Of a stretch of 64,000 bases of DNA, positions 50,683 to 63,281 are shown piece after piece. The DNA lies in contig AP026125.1 in NCBI GenBank assembly GCA_030295235.1, positions 1,302,001 through 1,366,000 of the forward strand, given 5' to 3'. The notes under the pieces were generated by a model. That model was not told the DNA's origin, ran no database searches, and worked only from the letters and a program-made list of their open reading frames with translations. How positions within the stretch are numbered: the stretch's first letter is position 1; each line of letters begins with the position of its first letter. A program made the translations under genes and the position numbers. The stretch is from Fistulifera solaris (taxonomy: Eukaryota).

Positions 50683-52945
50683 ATGGTGAGCATGGATCAA
50701 CGCGAAGCCTCACAAAGAGGAACGGACATCAAAATTTACGTTCGCGATGTTCGTGACCCTGAGCAGAAAAAACGAGCTTTGACTGTTCGCTCGTGGTCTA
50801 CAATCAAGGATGTGAAAGACGTTTTAAAAGATCTGATTCACGTCCCACCCAGTGCGCAACGTCTCTATTATGGGCCTTTGCTTACCTCGAAAGGAGAACT
50901 ACCCAATCATCGAAGTCTTCACGATGCTGGAATCTACCGATCAGGAGAGACTCTCTTGCTTGACATCAAACAGAGCCATTCAACTGCGACAACACATTAC
51001 TCTTCGATCGTTTCATTGCATCAATCCAACGATATTTGTGTTTCTTCTTCGGTTTTTGATATCACGCCGAAACCTTTGCGGGCTTTGGTTCAGAAAGCCC
51101 GCCGTGCCTTTACCATCGGTTTGAAGCCAGAATTCATCATGGATGGTTCCGGTGGATCGTACTTCATTCACGATGCCCGCAAGAGTCGACTTGCCGTTTT
51201 CAAGCCTGCTGACGAAGAGCCTTATGCGGAAAATAACCCCCGCAGGTACATACAACAAGGCAATCAGCAACTCTCGCTACGTGATGGCATTGTTCCCGGA
51301 GAGTCTTGTCTTCGCGAGGTCGCAGCTTATCTTCTGGATCACGATCATTTTAGTTCGGTTCCTATGACTACCCTGGTGGAAGCACGTCATCCTGCATTCA
51401 ATACAAACGGGGCCAGATTGACGGTCGCTGAAGGAGGAGCTAGTGTTGGGAGACATTCTTTGAGCCCTAATGCAAGTGTCAGCTCCCCGACGATGAAAAA
51501 AGCTGGTTCATTTCAAGAGTTCGTTCGTTGCGAGTGTACAATGGATGATATCAGTCCAAGCATGATTTCTGTCGAAGAAGTTCACAAAATTGCGATTCTC
51601 GACATACGAATCATGAACGCGGATCGAAATGCAGCCAATCTTTTGATCCGTCGACGAGTGGATAATTCCTTGGAACTCGTTCCCATCGATCATGGATACT
51701 GCTTGCGGTCTGTTGGTGATGTGTCGTGGATGGACTGGTGCTGGCTGGACTGGCCTCAACTTAAGAAGGTAAGACTCAATTGGTTGGAATCAATGTGTAA
51801 TCCTGCCTTCGCTGACGTTTCGTGTTCCAGCCTTTGAGTGATCGCCATAAAAAGTACATTGCGGCGTTGGACATTGAGAAGGACGCTGAAATGCTCCGTA
51901 GCAGACTTGGTATTGGTCAAGAAGCAATCGATTACTTTCGCGCATCGACTGCCTTGCTCAAAGCAGGCGTGAATGCAGGTCTTAATCTGTATGAAATTGC
52001 CATCTTATGTTGCCGCAACGACAACCTTGCTGAGATACCATCCATGATGGAGAAATTATTCTCCATGGCTTCTGACTTGGCACACAAGGCAGTTGAGAAT
52101 GAGCGATGGCACCATGCTGCCGCTTCCTTGGCTATTGAAGAAAAGTTGACGCCACGTCGTTCTACGATGGCGGCATCGCAGCTCCGTCTTGAAGCTTCTG
52201 GCTATAAGATTCGCAAGTCCGCATCGTCGATCGGCTTCCATTCTCTCGAGTCGGCGTCTGGTGGGTCTTTTTACGGAAGCGACGGCCTCAATGGCCGTGA
52301 TTCGCCAGGAATGGTGCAGTCATCTGCGTCGGATTCAAGCTCCGATGGGGATGCTGTAGCTGAGCAAGACGAATGTGAAGAGTGGGCTATGAATGCCATT
52401 GCAGATGCTACAGCTGGGAATCTTGTCGAAACGTATCAGGGTCGCCCCGAGCGTTCGTGTTCGGTTGCTTCGGACGATTGTTCGAACGGTTCGCGGAAAG
52501 GATTTTGGACGGTGGCCCCTGGAACTGTCGTCGTTCCTACCGAACCATCTGATGATGGTTCTTTCACTTGGAGCCCACAGCCTTCTCCGCGAACAGATAG
52601 TGGACAGATTTTGTCACCCCCGTCAAGCCCGAAATCATTGAAAGTTAGTTTTACGACGAGACTTCCTTCCGGTCCGTTCATTCCTCCTTCGACTGTGGCG
52701 GTATCGAAGAACTCTTTCGAACGTGATAATCCGTACTTACTTCGCTCCGAGAGTGGCATGACAAGAAGCAGAGTTATTCGTCGATTCCTCGGGAGTCATC
52801 GACTTACAGTGGTGCTTCGCGGGATAGCCGAACGCTGAAGCCTTATTCGGAAGCATACGAGAATTATCGCAAGTATTTTCACAAGTTCATTGACCTTGTC
52901 ATTGTCCGTGAAACTACCACTGCAGCTTTACAATCCAAAAACTGA
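50683..52945 (+). CDS. Type II phosphatidylinositol 4-kinase gamma with N-terminal ubiquitin-like domain
   Basis: UBL at N-terminus; [72 protein letters not shown]. Intron 51769-51830; late frameshift ~52770. Confidence 0.92.
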
Positions 52946-53075
52946 TCACCGCATTGCACATTATATCATTTTCTATTGTACAGGTGCCCCTGAGTGCCAT
53001 ATACGATTCTACTTGCTTCATTAACACCCAATGAAAATAAAATAAAAATGTATTTCTAAATCATTCGTTCTCCTT

Positions 53076-53856
53076 CTAATCCAATAATTTCGACAAATGC
53101 AAAAGCGACATTGCGACTGTGGCGGTCCATTTGATTTCCAGAAACTTGCCTTCTAAGACAGCCGACTGGAGGTCGGTAAGGCCAATAGTCGTTAGATCTT
53201 GGTGTTCTGTGTCAGGCGCGCCAACTTCATTTTCTTTTCCAGATCCTTCTTCTATGAATACTCCTGGCTTGCAATCTAAGGCCAAATAGGTAAACGTCCA
53301 TCCAGCCCCACGGTTCACGTCGGCTCGAAATCGTCCGAGGAGATGGAACTTGTCGCAGATGACGTGCATTTCCTCACTGACTTCTCGTCGTGCCGCCGTT
53401 TCCGGGTTTTCGTTCGGCTCCACGATACCTCCCACGACGGCGAGTGATAAGCGATCTTCTAAGGCGTACTTTGTCTGCTCAAAAACATAAAAATGTGGTT
53501 CTGTCCAGGATTCTTTGTGGGGTGCCTGGACGAGAACATTGATCTGGTCGTGATAGTCCATAAAGAGCCAATCGGGAATGATAGAATCTTCGACTTGCAC
53601 AGCATGCTGCTGTACTTTCATAAATTTGCTTTCTATTAAGCATTTCGGTGTTCCTCTCGTAGAGGATGATCTGTATTCTGTGCCTCCATAATGTCCTAAT
53701 GAAATGTCGCATTTAGTCGAAGGGTTCCGAGAAGACGTTATTGTCGAGTAAAGATTCGAAACGAATACGCCGAGCACAAAGCAACCGACCATTGCTACAT
53801 GATTCAGTTTGTATTCTCTCCAGATCATTGCTTTGGATCCATCGTCGGAGCCCATG
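53076..53856 (-). CDS. Membrane-anchored Nudix hydrolase (ADP-ribose pyrophosphatase-like)
   Basis: N-terminal transmembrane segment; Nudix box GGIVEPNENPETAARREVSEEM. Confidence 0.8.
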
Positions 53857-54002
53857 GTCGTTCGTTCATTATTTATTTGTTCGCAAAAGAAACACATTGA
53901 ACCGTGCAAAAAGGCGAAAAAGAAAAATCAATCTGGTCATCGTCATTCGTCATCGGGCATGTCCTTGTAAACATTTTATACTTTAATTTTCCTCCCTTAT
54001 AC

Positions 54003-54120
54003 AGGAACGACCATACTACGATGACAGCACCGCTTCCCGTCTGCTCAGCGAAGTTAAGCATCGTCAGGCCCGGTTAGTACTACGGTGGGGGACCACGTTG
54101 GAATCCCGGGTGTTGTTCTT
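54003..54120 (+). rRNA. 5S ribosomal RNA
   Basis: AGGAACGACCATAC...CCGCTTCCCGTCTGCTCAGCGAAGTTAAGC...GGTTAGTACTACGGTGGGGGACCACG...TGTTGTTCTT. The ends pair (helix I) and a T-rich tract follows. Confidence 0.95.
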
Positions 54121-54326
54121 TGTCTTTTCTGATTCAAGCGTCTGTACGTCGGCAATCATTATTTTTGCGTTCTTCCGCCACCAAAACCTGCGTTCATGTC
54201 ACGTCGCGTCATTCGGAGGACGATGGACGATGGTTATTCTGTTGCCGTTAATCATCTATCACTTTCGCTTTCCCATTTTGCACAAAATCATACTAGAACT
54301 CGCCCTCTCTCATATCCGAACGTAGA

Positions 54327-56103
54327 ATGCGGCTCAGATTCTATGTCTACGCTGCTTTGGCTTTAACGGCGGAAGCATGGATGAGCCCATCATCCTTGCG
54401 TCAGACTTCCTTCCTTCCGCCCATGACGCAATCAACCATCCCCACCAGCTCGATTTCGTTACACATGATGTTTGATCAACTCTCGTCGGCGATTTCCGAG
54501 GTCGCAAAGAATTTTGGGCCGAAACGGCGGATTTCGGAAAAGTCAATTCAGTCGGCTCTGCGACAAGTCCGAAGGGCTTTGCTGGACGCCGATGTGAACG
54601 TAGAAGTGGCAGATACACTGGTAGAAGGCGTTCGAAAGAGAAGTTTGGGAAGTGAGATTTTGGACGGTGTGACTGCGGATCAACAGTTCATCAAAGCTGT
54701 AAGTGAATAGTGCTTTTATTTGTTGGGTTGTGTTTGTGTGTTAAGAACGTTTTCTGATGATACACGTGCAGATGTACGATGAACTCTTGGATCTTATGGG
54801 AGGCGATTCCACTCTTTCTCCGTTAGCATCCCAGCAAGCGAAATCCGTTCCAGCCGCGACGTTGGCTGTTGGTACGCCGGAATATCCAGCTGTCATTTTG
54901 CTCGCCGGTTTGCAGGGTGCGGGAAAGACAACGGCTGGGGCGAAACTTGCATTGTACTTGAAAGAAAGGGAAGTTAATTATGATATGGTGGATAAGGATC
55001 TTGATTCGGCAAAAATGTTAGCAAGTCGTCTCCCAACACGAAATCGGAAAGTATTACTGGTGGCTGCGGATGTCTATCGCCCAGCTGCCATTCAGCAGCT
55101 TGAAATTCTCGGAAAAAGCATCGGAATTGAAGTATTTAGTAAGGGTACGGAAGCTGACCCTGTGGATATTGTCACTGAAGCTATTGCGAAAGCGAAAGCA
55201 GAGGGCTTTGATACTGTCATCGTTGATACTGCGGGTCGACAAGTCATTGATGTCGACCTCATGAGTGAACTCAAAAACATCAAAAAGGTGTCGAATCCGT
55301 CAGAAACGTTGCTGATTGTTGATGCGATGACGGGACAAGAGGCAGCTTCGCTCACAGCCGCTTTCAATGATGCCGTCGGTCTTACGGGTGCTATTCTCAC
55401 GAAAATGGATGGTGACTCGAGAGGTGGTGCAGCCGTCTCAGTGCGTGGTGTTAGTGGCAAACCCATCAAATTCATTGGTATTGGAGAAAAGGTAGCGGAT
55501 CTGGAACCGTTTTATCCCGACCGCATGGCGAGCAGAATTTTAGGTATGGGAGATGTGATTAGTCTAGTTGAAAAGGCTGCCGCACAGGTCTCGGACGAAG
55601 ATGCACTTAAAATGCAACAGAAAATGAGGGAAGCGACTTTTGATTTCGACGATTTTATGAAACAATCCGAGCTCGTCTCCAAAATGGGAAATCTGGCTGG
55701 CATTGCGAAGATGATGCCTGGTGTAGGAAACCAGCTCAACATGAATCAAATTCGCGATGTCGAAGCACGTTTGAAGAAGAACAAAGCCATGATCAATAGT
55801 ATGACAAAGAAAGAACGAATGAGCCCGGAACTGCTGATCACGGATAGTACTGCTCGGTCCCGATTGATGCGTATCACCAAAGGCTCGGGTTGTCGCTTTG
55901 AAGAAGGGCTTCAATTTATGAGCGAGTTTCAAAAGATGCGAACGATGATGAGTCGCATGCAAAAATCGATGGGATCAGCTATGGATCCGTCTCTTGCCGA
56001 GGGTGAAATGATGCCGGCAATGGCTCAAGGTAATCGAGCAATGAGAAGGGCATCCAAGAAGAAGACTAATACCGGGCGCGGAGGTGGCGGTGGTTTCGGA
56101 TAA
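54327..56103 (+). CDS. ffh: Plastid signal recognition particle 54 kDa protein (cpSRP54/Ffh)
   Basis: Bipartite presequence (AEA-W); RRALLDADVN, GLQGAGKTT, DVYRPAA, DTAGR, TKMDGDSRGG, PDRMASRILGMGD; M domain. Intron 54699-54771. Confidence 0.96.
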
Positions 56104-56469
56104 ATTATAGTTTCATTGTAAACGAAGCATCCGTCAATTGTGATCGTTTTGTAAGCTGTGGTCATACATATTGCTTTTGTTAAGTATTATTTTGTTGCTT
56201 GCTAAAAAAATGTATGTGTCGACCCTAAATCAATGCCGGTACGACGTAGTTTTCGCAGTCCTCCGCAGCACGACAATGAAGATCGACCTCGTTGAAGACC
56301 GAGAAAAAAGCCGACATTATTATTAGTTGCCTCACTTTTATCGAGCATCTTCACTTTTTAATTGTCATACAATCATTAAGAGACACTATAAGGTATTGAA
56401 CTGCCCCTCCAGGCGATCGATCGGTTCTATTTTGGTAAAGATCTCGCGTAAGAACGTATCGGCGTGACC

Positions 56470-58773
56470 ATGGCTCGAACGAGCAAAGGAAGCACTCCTG
56501 CAGCTGCAAGCGTGCAGGCTCTTGATAATCTGAACTTGGATGACATGTTCGATGAAGGAGGAGATGACCTCTTTGATGGCCTTGACATTGATCTGGGGAA
56601 CATGGATGACATTACGGGGAGCGGTGGCCGATTGACTGCCGATTCGATAGCAGGACCGTTGCCTATGCCCGGCGAAGAGCCTGCATCGCCGGAAGGCGCT
56701 TTTTCTCAGCCACGAAAAACAAAGAGAAAGTCGAAAGCACCATTGATGTACGAAGACAATGATGAGGATCTCGTAGCGGAACCGCCAAAGAAGAAGAGGA
56801 AAGGAGCAAAGTCAGTGACGAAAGGAAAATCAGATGGCGTCGCAATGAATGACGATTCTATAAGAAGTAGCCACGTTGGTTCGAAGGTAAAAAAGGCAAA
56901 AGGATCATCTGCTCCTGGGGCGATGGTACGAACTGGATCCGTGGAGAGTACTGTAGCCGCGGCTGGGCAATTTGGAAGGCGGACAGGGTCTTTTACACTG
57001 CCCAAGGTAAAATCAAAACCACCCGCTCGTCCCGACCCAAAGTCAAAAATGTCTTCACAAGCACATAGCGGGATGCAAGATCCGGCAATTGTGGCTTCCG
57101 CGACTATTTCCGCTCTTAGACAAGTATTGGCGTCTCATCCCGGTTTGAAGCCAAACGCATCCTGTGGACTGTTACCGAGCAGCACTGTTTTTTATCCTTT
57201 TCTGCCATCTTTACCATCCGAACTTGCTATGAAAAGCCGAAAGGTCTATGTTTTCCTGGAAAAGATACAGTCTGCTTTTGTCAGTATGCATGGTAAAGGC
57301 TCCACAGATACCGTTAATGCAGCTCTTGAATCCGACGCTATTTTCAAGTTGGTTCAGGAAGCCTTCCGGGAACCGGCTCAGTCTACTGATCCTGCTACCA
57401 CAGACACTACTTCAGGTCGATCCGACATAGTCGGAAATGCTATCGGAGCGATTAGACAAACTGTTGCTAGCTTTGATAAGACGAAATTTGCGGGGGACTT
57501 GTATGCTATGTGTGAATTACTGAAGCGACAACATGATTTTTTGAAACAAAACTTGGACAATATGGAGAAATGGTGCAAAAACAATTTTGCTGAAGAAGAC
57601 TATGCGTCAGTGTATCTTCCTCCAAAGTCAAAGAAGCGGAAAGCTAATGAAATATCTGATGAAACGATTTTGAGAAGTTTCAACAAGAGACTCCTCAAGG
57701 TCCGCGTCACATGTGTAGGATTCAAAGATTCCAAAACAACGACGCTACAAGCTATGCTACCCATACAATTTGGGCCAGCCGGTCAAGAAGCGCCTACAAA
57801 TACATCATCTTCAAAGTCGAAGAAGAAGAAAGCAGCGAATGAGACGACCAAGCCAGTGAAAAGTGGGCCAGGCTTGCCTGTTGTCAATGAAAAGACACTC
57901 CCTTACGCAGACTGCAAGCCATTGAAGCGGCGTAAGTTAGTTGCCGATATTTTGTCTTGTACTGCCCGCGAGCTTGAGATGCGATTCCAGCGTCGCATTG
58001 ACGATCGCGATCAACTAGTCCGACGGCAAGAGACAGAATTGAAAAAAGTAGTTGACGAAGATGAAATTCCCGTTGTCCACACTGCAGGCATGTGGCGTTG
58101 GGTGGAAAAATCTGGATTATTTGCACCTTTTAGCCACAAAGACGTCGTGGATCGACTTAGTGTACTATCGCAACAACCGCTTTCTCGTGAGGAATCGTCA
58201 CAACGTGTCCCGTTGTCGGAGAAAAGTGATACAAAGATCCAATCGCCCATGGATAGGCTCACTTCACTTCTTGTCGAAGAAAATATCTCTGATGATGAAG
58301 TCGACGATTCCGAACCGGAACATTCGTCTGATGACGAGTTTACAAACAACGAAGCTTCGCTTGACGTTTCGTCTCTCTCATTTGCAGAACGATCAGTGAT
58401 ACATCTTGAAATGGTGGGGTTGAGAGCGACTTCTGGATCCCTGTTAAATAGAACGCACTTTCTATCACCCGATGCTGAATCTGATTATTTGAAGGGAGGA
58501 AAAGATGGCGAACCCGATTGCGACGTGGAAAGCGTTATTCTTCAAATGACCGCAGATTTAAATAACTTGGAATCTATGAATGTCAGGCGTGCCGCTTTTT
58601 TGGAATCACTCGCACTCTCCGCAGAGAATTCGTCAGAAGGAATGAAGAGAAGAAAAGACGAGGAAGCAGTAATTATCACAAAATGTCAGCAACTGTTAAA
58701 GAAGAATCGCGAACATAAGTCAAAGCCAGCAAAAGCAAAGGCAGCACAAGATGACCTTGCACTTCCCTGGTAA
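56470..58773 (+). CDS. Hypothetical nuclear protein, weak ADA3-like C-terminus
   Basis: Uninterrupted ~767-aa ORF with NLS-like PPKKKRK. SLSFAERSVIHLEMVGL and the following helix loosely resemble the Ada3 core. Confidence 0.65.
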   Translation: MARTSKGSTPAAASVQALDNLNLDDMFDEGGDDLFDGLDIDLGNMDDITGSGGRLTADSIAGPLPMPGEEPASPEGAFSQPRKTKRKSKAPLMYEDNDEDLVAEPPKKKRKGAKSVTKGKSDGVAMNDDSIRSSHVGSKVKKAKGSSAPGAMVRTGSVESTVAAAGQFGRRTGSFTLPKVKSKPPARPDPKSKMSSQAHSGMQDPAIVASATISALRQVLASHPGLKPNASCGLLPSSTVFYPFLPSLPSELAMKSRKVYVFLEKIQSAFVSMHGKGSTDTVNAALESDAIFKLVQEAFREPAQSTDPATTDTTSGRSDIVGNAIGAIRQTVASFDKTKFAGDLYAMCELLKRQHDFLKQNLDNMEKWCKNNFAEEDYASVYLPPKSKKRKANEISDETILRSFNKRLLKVRVTCVGFKDSKTTTLQAMLPIQFGPAGQEAPTNTSSSKSKKKKAANETTKPVKSGPGLPVVNEKTLPYADCKPLKRRKLVADILSCTARELEMRFQRRIDDRDQLVRRQETELKKVVDEDEIPVVHTAGMWRWVEKSGLFAPFSHKDVVDRLSVLSQQPLSREESSQRVPLSEKSDTKIQSPMDRLTSLLVEENISDDEVDDSEPEHSSDDEFTNNEASLDVSSLSFAERSVIHLEMVGLRATSGSLLNRTHFLSPDAESDYLKGGKDGEPDCDVESVILQMTADLNNLESMNVRRAAFLESLALSAENSSEGMKRRKDEEAVIITKCQQLLKKNREHKSKPAKAKAAQDDLALPW

Positions 58774-58891
58774 CACTTTGTAGAATTGGTTATACAGCGT
58801 CAGCTGAGGCTCTTGCTAAGAAGCCAACTCAGAGCAAATAAAAGGCAGCTTAAGTTTTGTTTATAAGATGGTGCTATCAGTATGTAAATTA

Positions 58892-61800
58892 TTAGCTCAT
58901 GTTAAATCGCTTGTGAACCTGGCTGTTCAGCCCTGCATTCGGTAATTCGCCAAAACCCATTAAACTTATTGCCTCGATATCAACTTCAGCAACAGAGTTA
59001 TCTTGGAAAAGCCCTACACCTAGATTTTCAAGAACGCCGGCCACTATGTCGTCCCCGACTTCTTCTTCACCGTTATCAACGAGTTCGAATAGTCTTCCTC
59101 TCCGAGAAGCAATGCCATTCATATCATGCGGTGAGAAAGGTTGAGGTATACTTTCACCGCCGATCGCCCCGTACTCGTGGCTTGTTAAATGTCGGTTTAC
59201 GGCGTTCGATGCTAAGCCACGTAAGAAAGAGTGAGAAGATTTACCCTCAGTGTAAAGTTCATTCTGGAATCCTGAAGACGACATTTTAAATGTGCCAACC
59301 AAATTGGAAACTGCGGCATCTGGGAATTGAGACGTTGCCCTCGCGTAGCTGTTCTGTAATACAAAAAGCAGCGATGGTGTGTTGCAAACCTTTGAAACGC
59401 CAGACTCGCTGTTTGAATAAAAAGCGTGCTGCCCGGCTGGGAGGCATTCAATCAAACGGACAAGATCTTGATGTTCCCGATAAAGACGGGGATCAAGATG
59501 ATATAGATCGGAGGCTGTATTTGCGTTGTCATGAAAACAGTTCGAATGCGCAACAACAAAAAAGGAAATGGGAATATTAGAAACCTCTGGGCAAATGAGG
59601 ATGTCAACCATGTGCTGTGTATATTTCGCCGCTACAGGTGGGTCAAGTGGCAAAAACGCAGAGTGTCAGCGCTCCAATCTGTTGGCAGATGTCGCGAGAA
59701 GGATATTTTGGAAAAACATGAAAGCCGCCGAACAATCTGTCGACGACTTCGAACGTCCCCCAAAATGCAGATCCTGGTTCAGTACAAAAGGGATCAGAAA
59801 ACACTTCTGAAACCTTAGCTATACCCTGTGCCAGTTGTTTTGTTTGTGGAGGAAACCGATACCCCATAGCTGTGCCGTCGGTAATAATAGCTCTTGTGTC
59901 GTACCACATCTTAGCCATAAAAACTGCGGCAAGAAATCGACTTTTTAGACCAATGAATCTCTCTTTCAACTGAGAAAAGACGTGACGAGAAATTTGAACT
60001 TGTGCACGGTTAGCCCAAGAAACAATTGCGACAGGGCCTTCACTATGAAGACCATTCTCTGACACAGTCATACCCAACTCTGCGTCAGTCCAGTGATCAG
60101 GGAGATGGCTTTCAATCTGATGTCGGAATTGATTAAGCTCACGCGCGAGATTAATACAGTACATGGCCATCGAAGCTCCGGAATCTTTGAGGACTTCTAT
60201 ACTCAATGGAGCTGAACCAGATTTTCGATTTTCTGCGATAAGCTGTCTTTGAAAGAAGGTCACAACCTGGTCATGATCATCCCAGCTGGGAATGATTGGA
60301 TCCGAGAACGGGGACGAGTCGTGTGAAGCTCGAATCATCCAGCGGTAGATGACGCTCTTGACAAGAGAGCCGTCAACTGCAGCAAGAAGCTGAGTGCATC
60401 GGGTTATCATTCCCAAAACTTTATCTCGCCTATACAAGCAGATAGCCGGATGCTCTATCTCGATATGTGATGAAAGTTCCTGTGATCGGGAGGTTGCATG
60501 ATGATTATGGTCAGTCGTAACGGACTGATGCTTTCCATGGGTACGTCCAGAACTCTCCGACGGTCTAGATAAAGGAAGTTGAGTTGAATACGACTTTCCA
60601 TTCTCTGCTTGGGAATGACGATCATCTTTGTGAATTGCCGAAGCTCCCGGCTGGTCAGAGTGTATACTTTGCTGACTAGACGGGGAACCAGATAAATCCT
60701 GCTTTTCCCATCGACGATTTGGAGTGCTTAATGGCCCTTTCGCACCAGCTGTAGAAATTGCCGGAGCTAGCTGCTTCGGTTTTGATCGTTGTATGCGAGA
60801 ATCGCTCTTTGAAACTGCCTCTTCCTTCTTCTGTTTCTCCATTTTCACCTTCTGCTCTCGTTCAAGTTGCTGCCGTTCACGTTGCTGTCTTTCTTCTCGC
60901 TCTTTGCGTTTCGCGGCTAAGATTTTTTCCCGTTCAAATTGTTCCTTCTGCTCTTGCTGTTTCTGCTTCAGCAACAAAAGCTCACGTTCTTTTTTTCTCT
61001 TTTTCTTTCTTTTGTCGATCTAGCTCTAAGCGTTCTTTTTCTTCCTTCTCGCGTCGAGCTTGTTCAATCTTGAGTTTCTCCTGTCTATCCCTTTCCTTTT
61101 TCTCTTTCTTCTTTTGACGTTTGTTATTGGCTTCTGCTCTCTCCCTCATCGCCTTGCTTTCTTCCATTTCTAATTCTAAAAGCAACGCTTCCTCGGCGGC
61201 GCGAGCTTTTTCCTCAGCCGATTCGCTCAGTGCCTTTTTATCTCGCTTGTTTATCTTATTCGTGGCGGAAACCGGAGTCTGTAAGCCTGATCCACGCGCG
61301 TGTTCTCTATCTCCATCATGACTGTCATTCAAATCGTACTCCTGATCATCACCATCTGAATTATCTCCTAACGAATTTCCTGTAGTTCTCACCCCATTCT
61401 CGAGTTGCTTCATGCGCAAATTGATCAAAAGCCGAGCCCGCTGTACTTTCTTTCTATCTCTCGAACATCGCGGTATGCTAGCATTGTGTACAGTCACCAT
61501 CTCCACAGCGGCATCAATTAAATTTTGTTCCACAAGAATTGAAAGTGCCGTGTCGCCCTTTTCGTTGTGACAGTATGATCGGCTCCGTGCTTGAGCAAAA
61601 GTGCAACTGTATCGGGAAGTCCTTTCGTCGCAGCTTGCAGAAGAGCACTGAGGGTTGGATCCTCTTCCTCAGTCGGTGCCCCTTCTTCAAGAAGCAGCTT
61701 TACTACATCGTCGTGTCCCTTATACGAGGCGATTGACAAAGGCGACCAGCCTGTATCAGTGCATTTACATGGGTCGGCACCCGCTTGCAAGAGAACGTCG

Positions 61801-63281
61801 ACAGCTCCAGCCTGGCCATGATTAGCAGCTGTCAGCAGTGGCGTTTCCCTCCATTTATTCAAAGCATGTACGTCCGCCCCTTTGGCCAGCAACGCTTTCA
61901 CCGAAGCTAAGTGTCCTGGTTTTGCTCCTGCGCACGCTTTATGTAGCGGTGTACTTGCATCTTCGGTCACAGGGCAGTTCACGGGGGCTCCAGCTCGAAG
62001 TAGTAAAGACACAATATCATCGTAGCCCTTCGCATAGGAAAGCCGCCGCATTAGTCGATCAAATCAGCACATAGCGACACGCAATTGCAGTCTTACCTTA
62101 TGAGCCGCGAACGTGAGCGCACTCCAACCTGCTTCGCTGCATAAGCTTGGATTTGCACCATGTCTAAGTAACGCTTCAACAGCTGCACGGTGCCCATTAT
62201 TAGCAGCTATCAAGAGTGGAGTTTCTTTCCACTTATTGCAAGCATTTCCATCCGCACCTTCCTCTAGCAAGAGATTGAGCACTTCCATCGAACCATTACT
62301 ACTCCCCGACGAACAAGCCGTATGGAGCGGAGTGTAAAGGTCATCTTTGAACTTGCAATTCACGGAAGCTCCGTGCTCTAAGCAAAGCTTCACTGCTTCT
62401 ACGTCCCCTTCTTCTACTGCACATTTCAAGTAGAGTTCAGCGTCCTCTTCATCTACACTCACTGATGATGACTTCACCGTTACCGATGCCCTGACGATCA
62501 ACGAATCATCTGCAACGAAACCTTCTTGTTGAATCCGATCCGCTGTGATGAACTGCGACCAGCCCCAATCAATAGCTTTAGGGCACAATTTGAACGTCTT
62601 ATCAGGATTTCTCTTTGCATAGCATAATGTCGGTCCTTTCGGATGCTCTAGTGTCAGAACATAACTCACGGCCTTTTTCCAGCCGAACGGTAAGTCTTCC
62701 GCATCTGCTACCTGCAGAAACAAACTCAAGTGATGATTGCTTGCCCTTCCGTTACCGTTAACGTAGACGATCAACCGCCATCGATTACCGTACTCATCGA
62801 CCGTTGTAGGTGAATATTCGGCTTTCTTACAACCGGATTCTCTCTTTGATGCATAATCTCTAATGGTGTATGTGAATTCACAGGTAGAATGAGCATTTTG
62901 AGGCAGCCATGGTATAGGTGGATCTTCCGCATGGTCTCCGCCGTCGTCGTCTTCCACTAGATCGCTCTCTGTGGACGCACTCCTTTGATTGTTGTCGTCG
63001 TCAAAATTCCCTGAAACACTATCCGGTAAGTCATTTGAATCATTGCCAATTTCGTACTTTTTCTCTTCTTCATGCGATAACGGCGATTGCAACTGATCAT
63101 CTCGATCATGGTGTAAATGATGATGGGGATCATCGACGGACGAAGACGTGGCCGTTAGAATGTCTGGGTCGTCCGTCTCCAGGTTCGACGCGAGTAGCAT
63201 CCTATTTTGTAATGTAGTTTCGTGAGTCGCCTTATCGTTTGAGTCTGCCGAAGAGCTCTTTTCTACTCCCCAGCGGAGCAT
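58892..63281 (-). CDS. MATH domain + ankyrin repeats + coiled coil + PCIF1-like methyltransferase domain (frameshifted)
   Basis: MATH (WRLIVYVNGNG..HLSLFLQV..DWGWSQFI) and multiple TPLH/TPLL ankyrin repeats. Intron 62028-62096. Frameshifts ~61555, 60985 and 59652. C-terminal PCIF1-like motifs. Confidence 0.85.

Noticed and set aside
54003..54120. SRP RNA next to cpSRP54
   Set aside because: The sequence has 5S rRNA hallmarks, not an SRP helix 8; the adjacency is probably coincidental.
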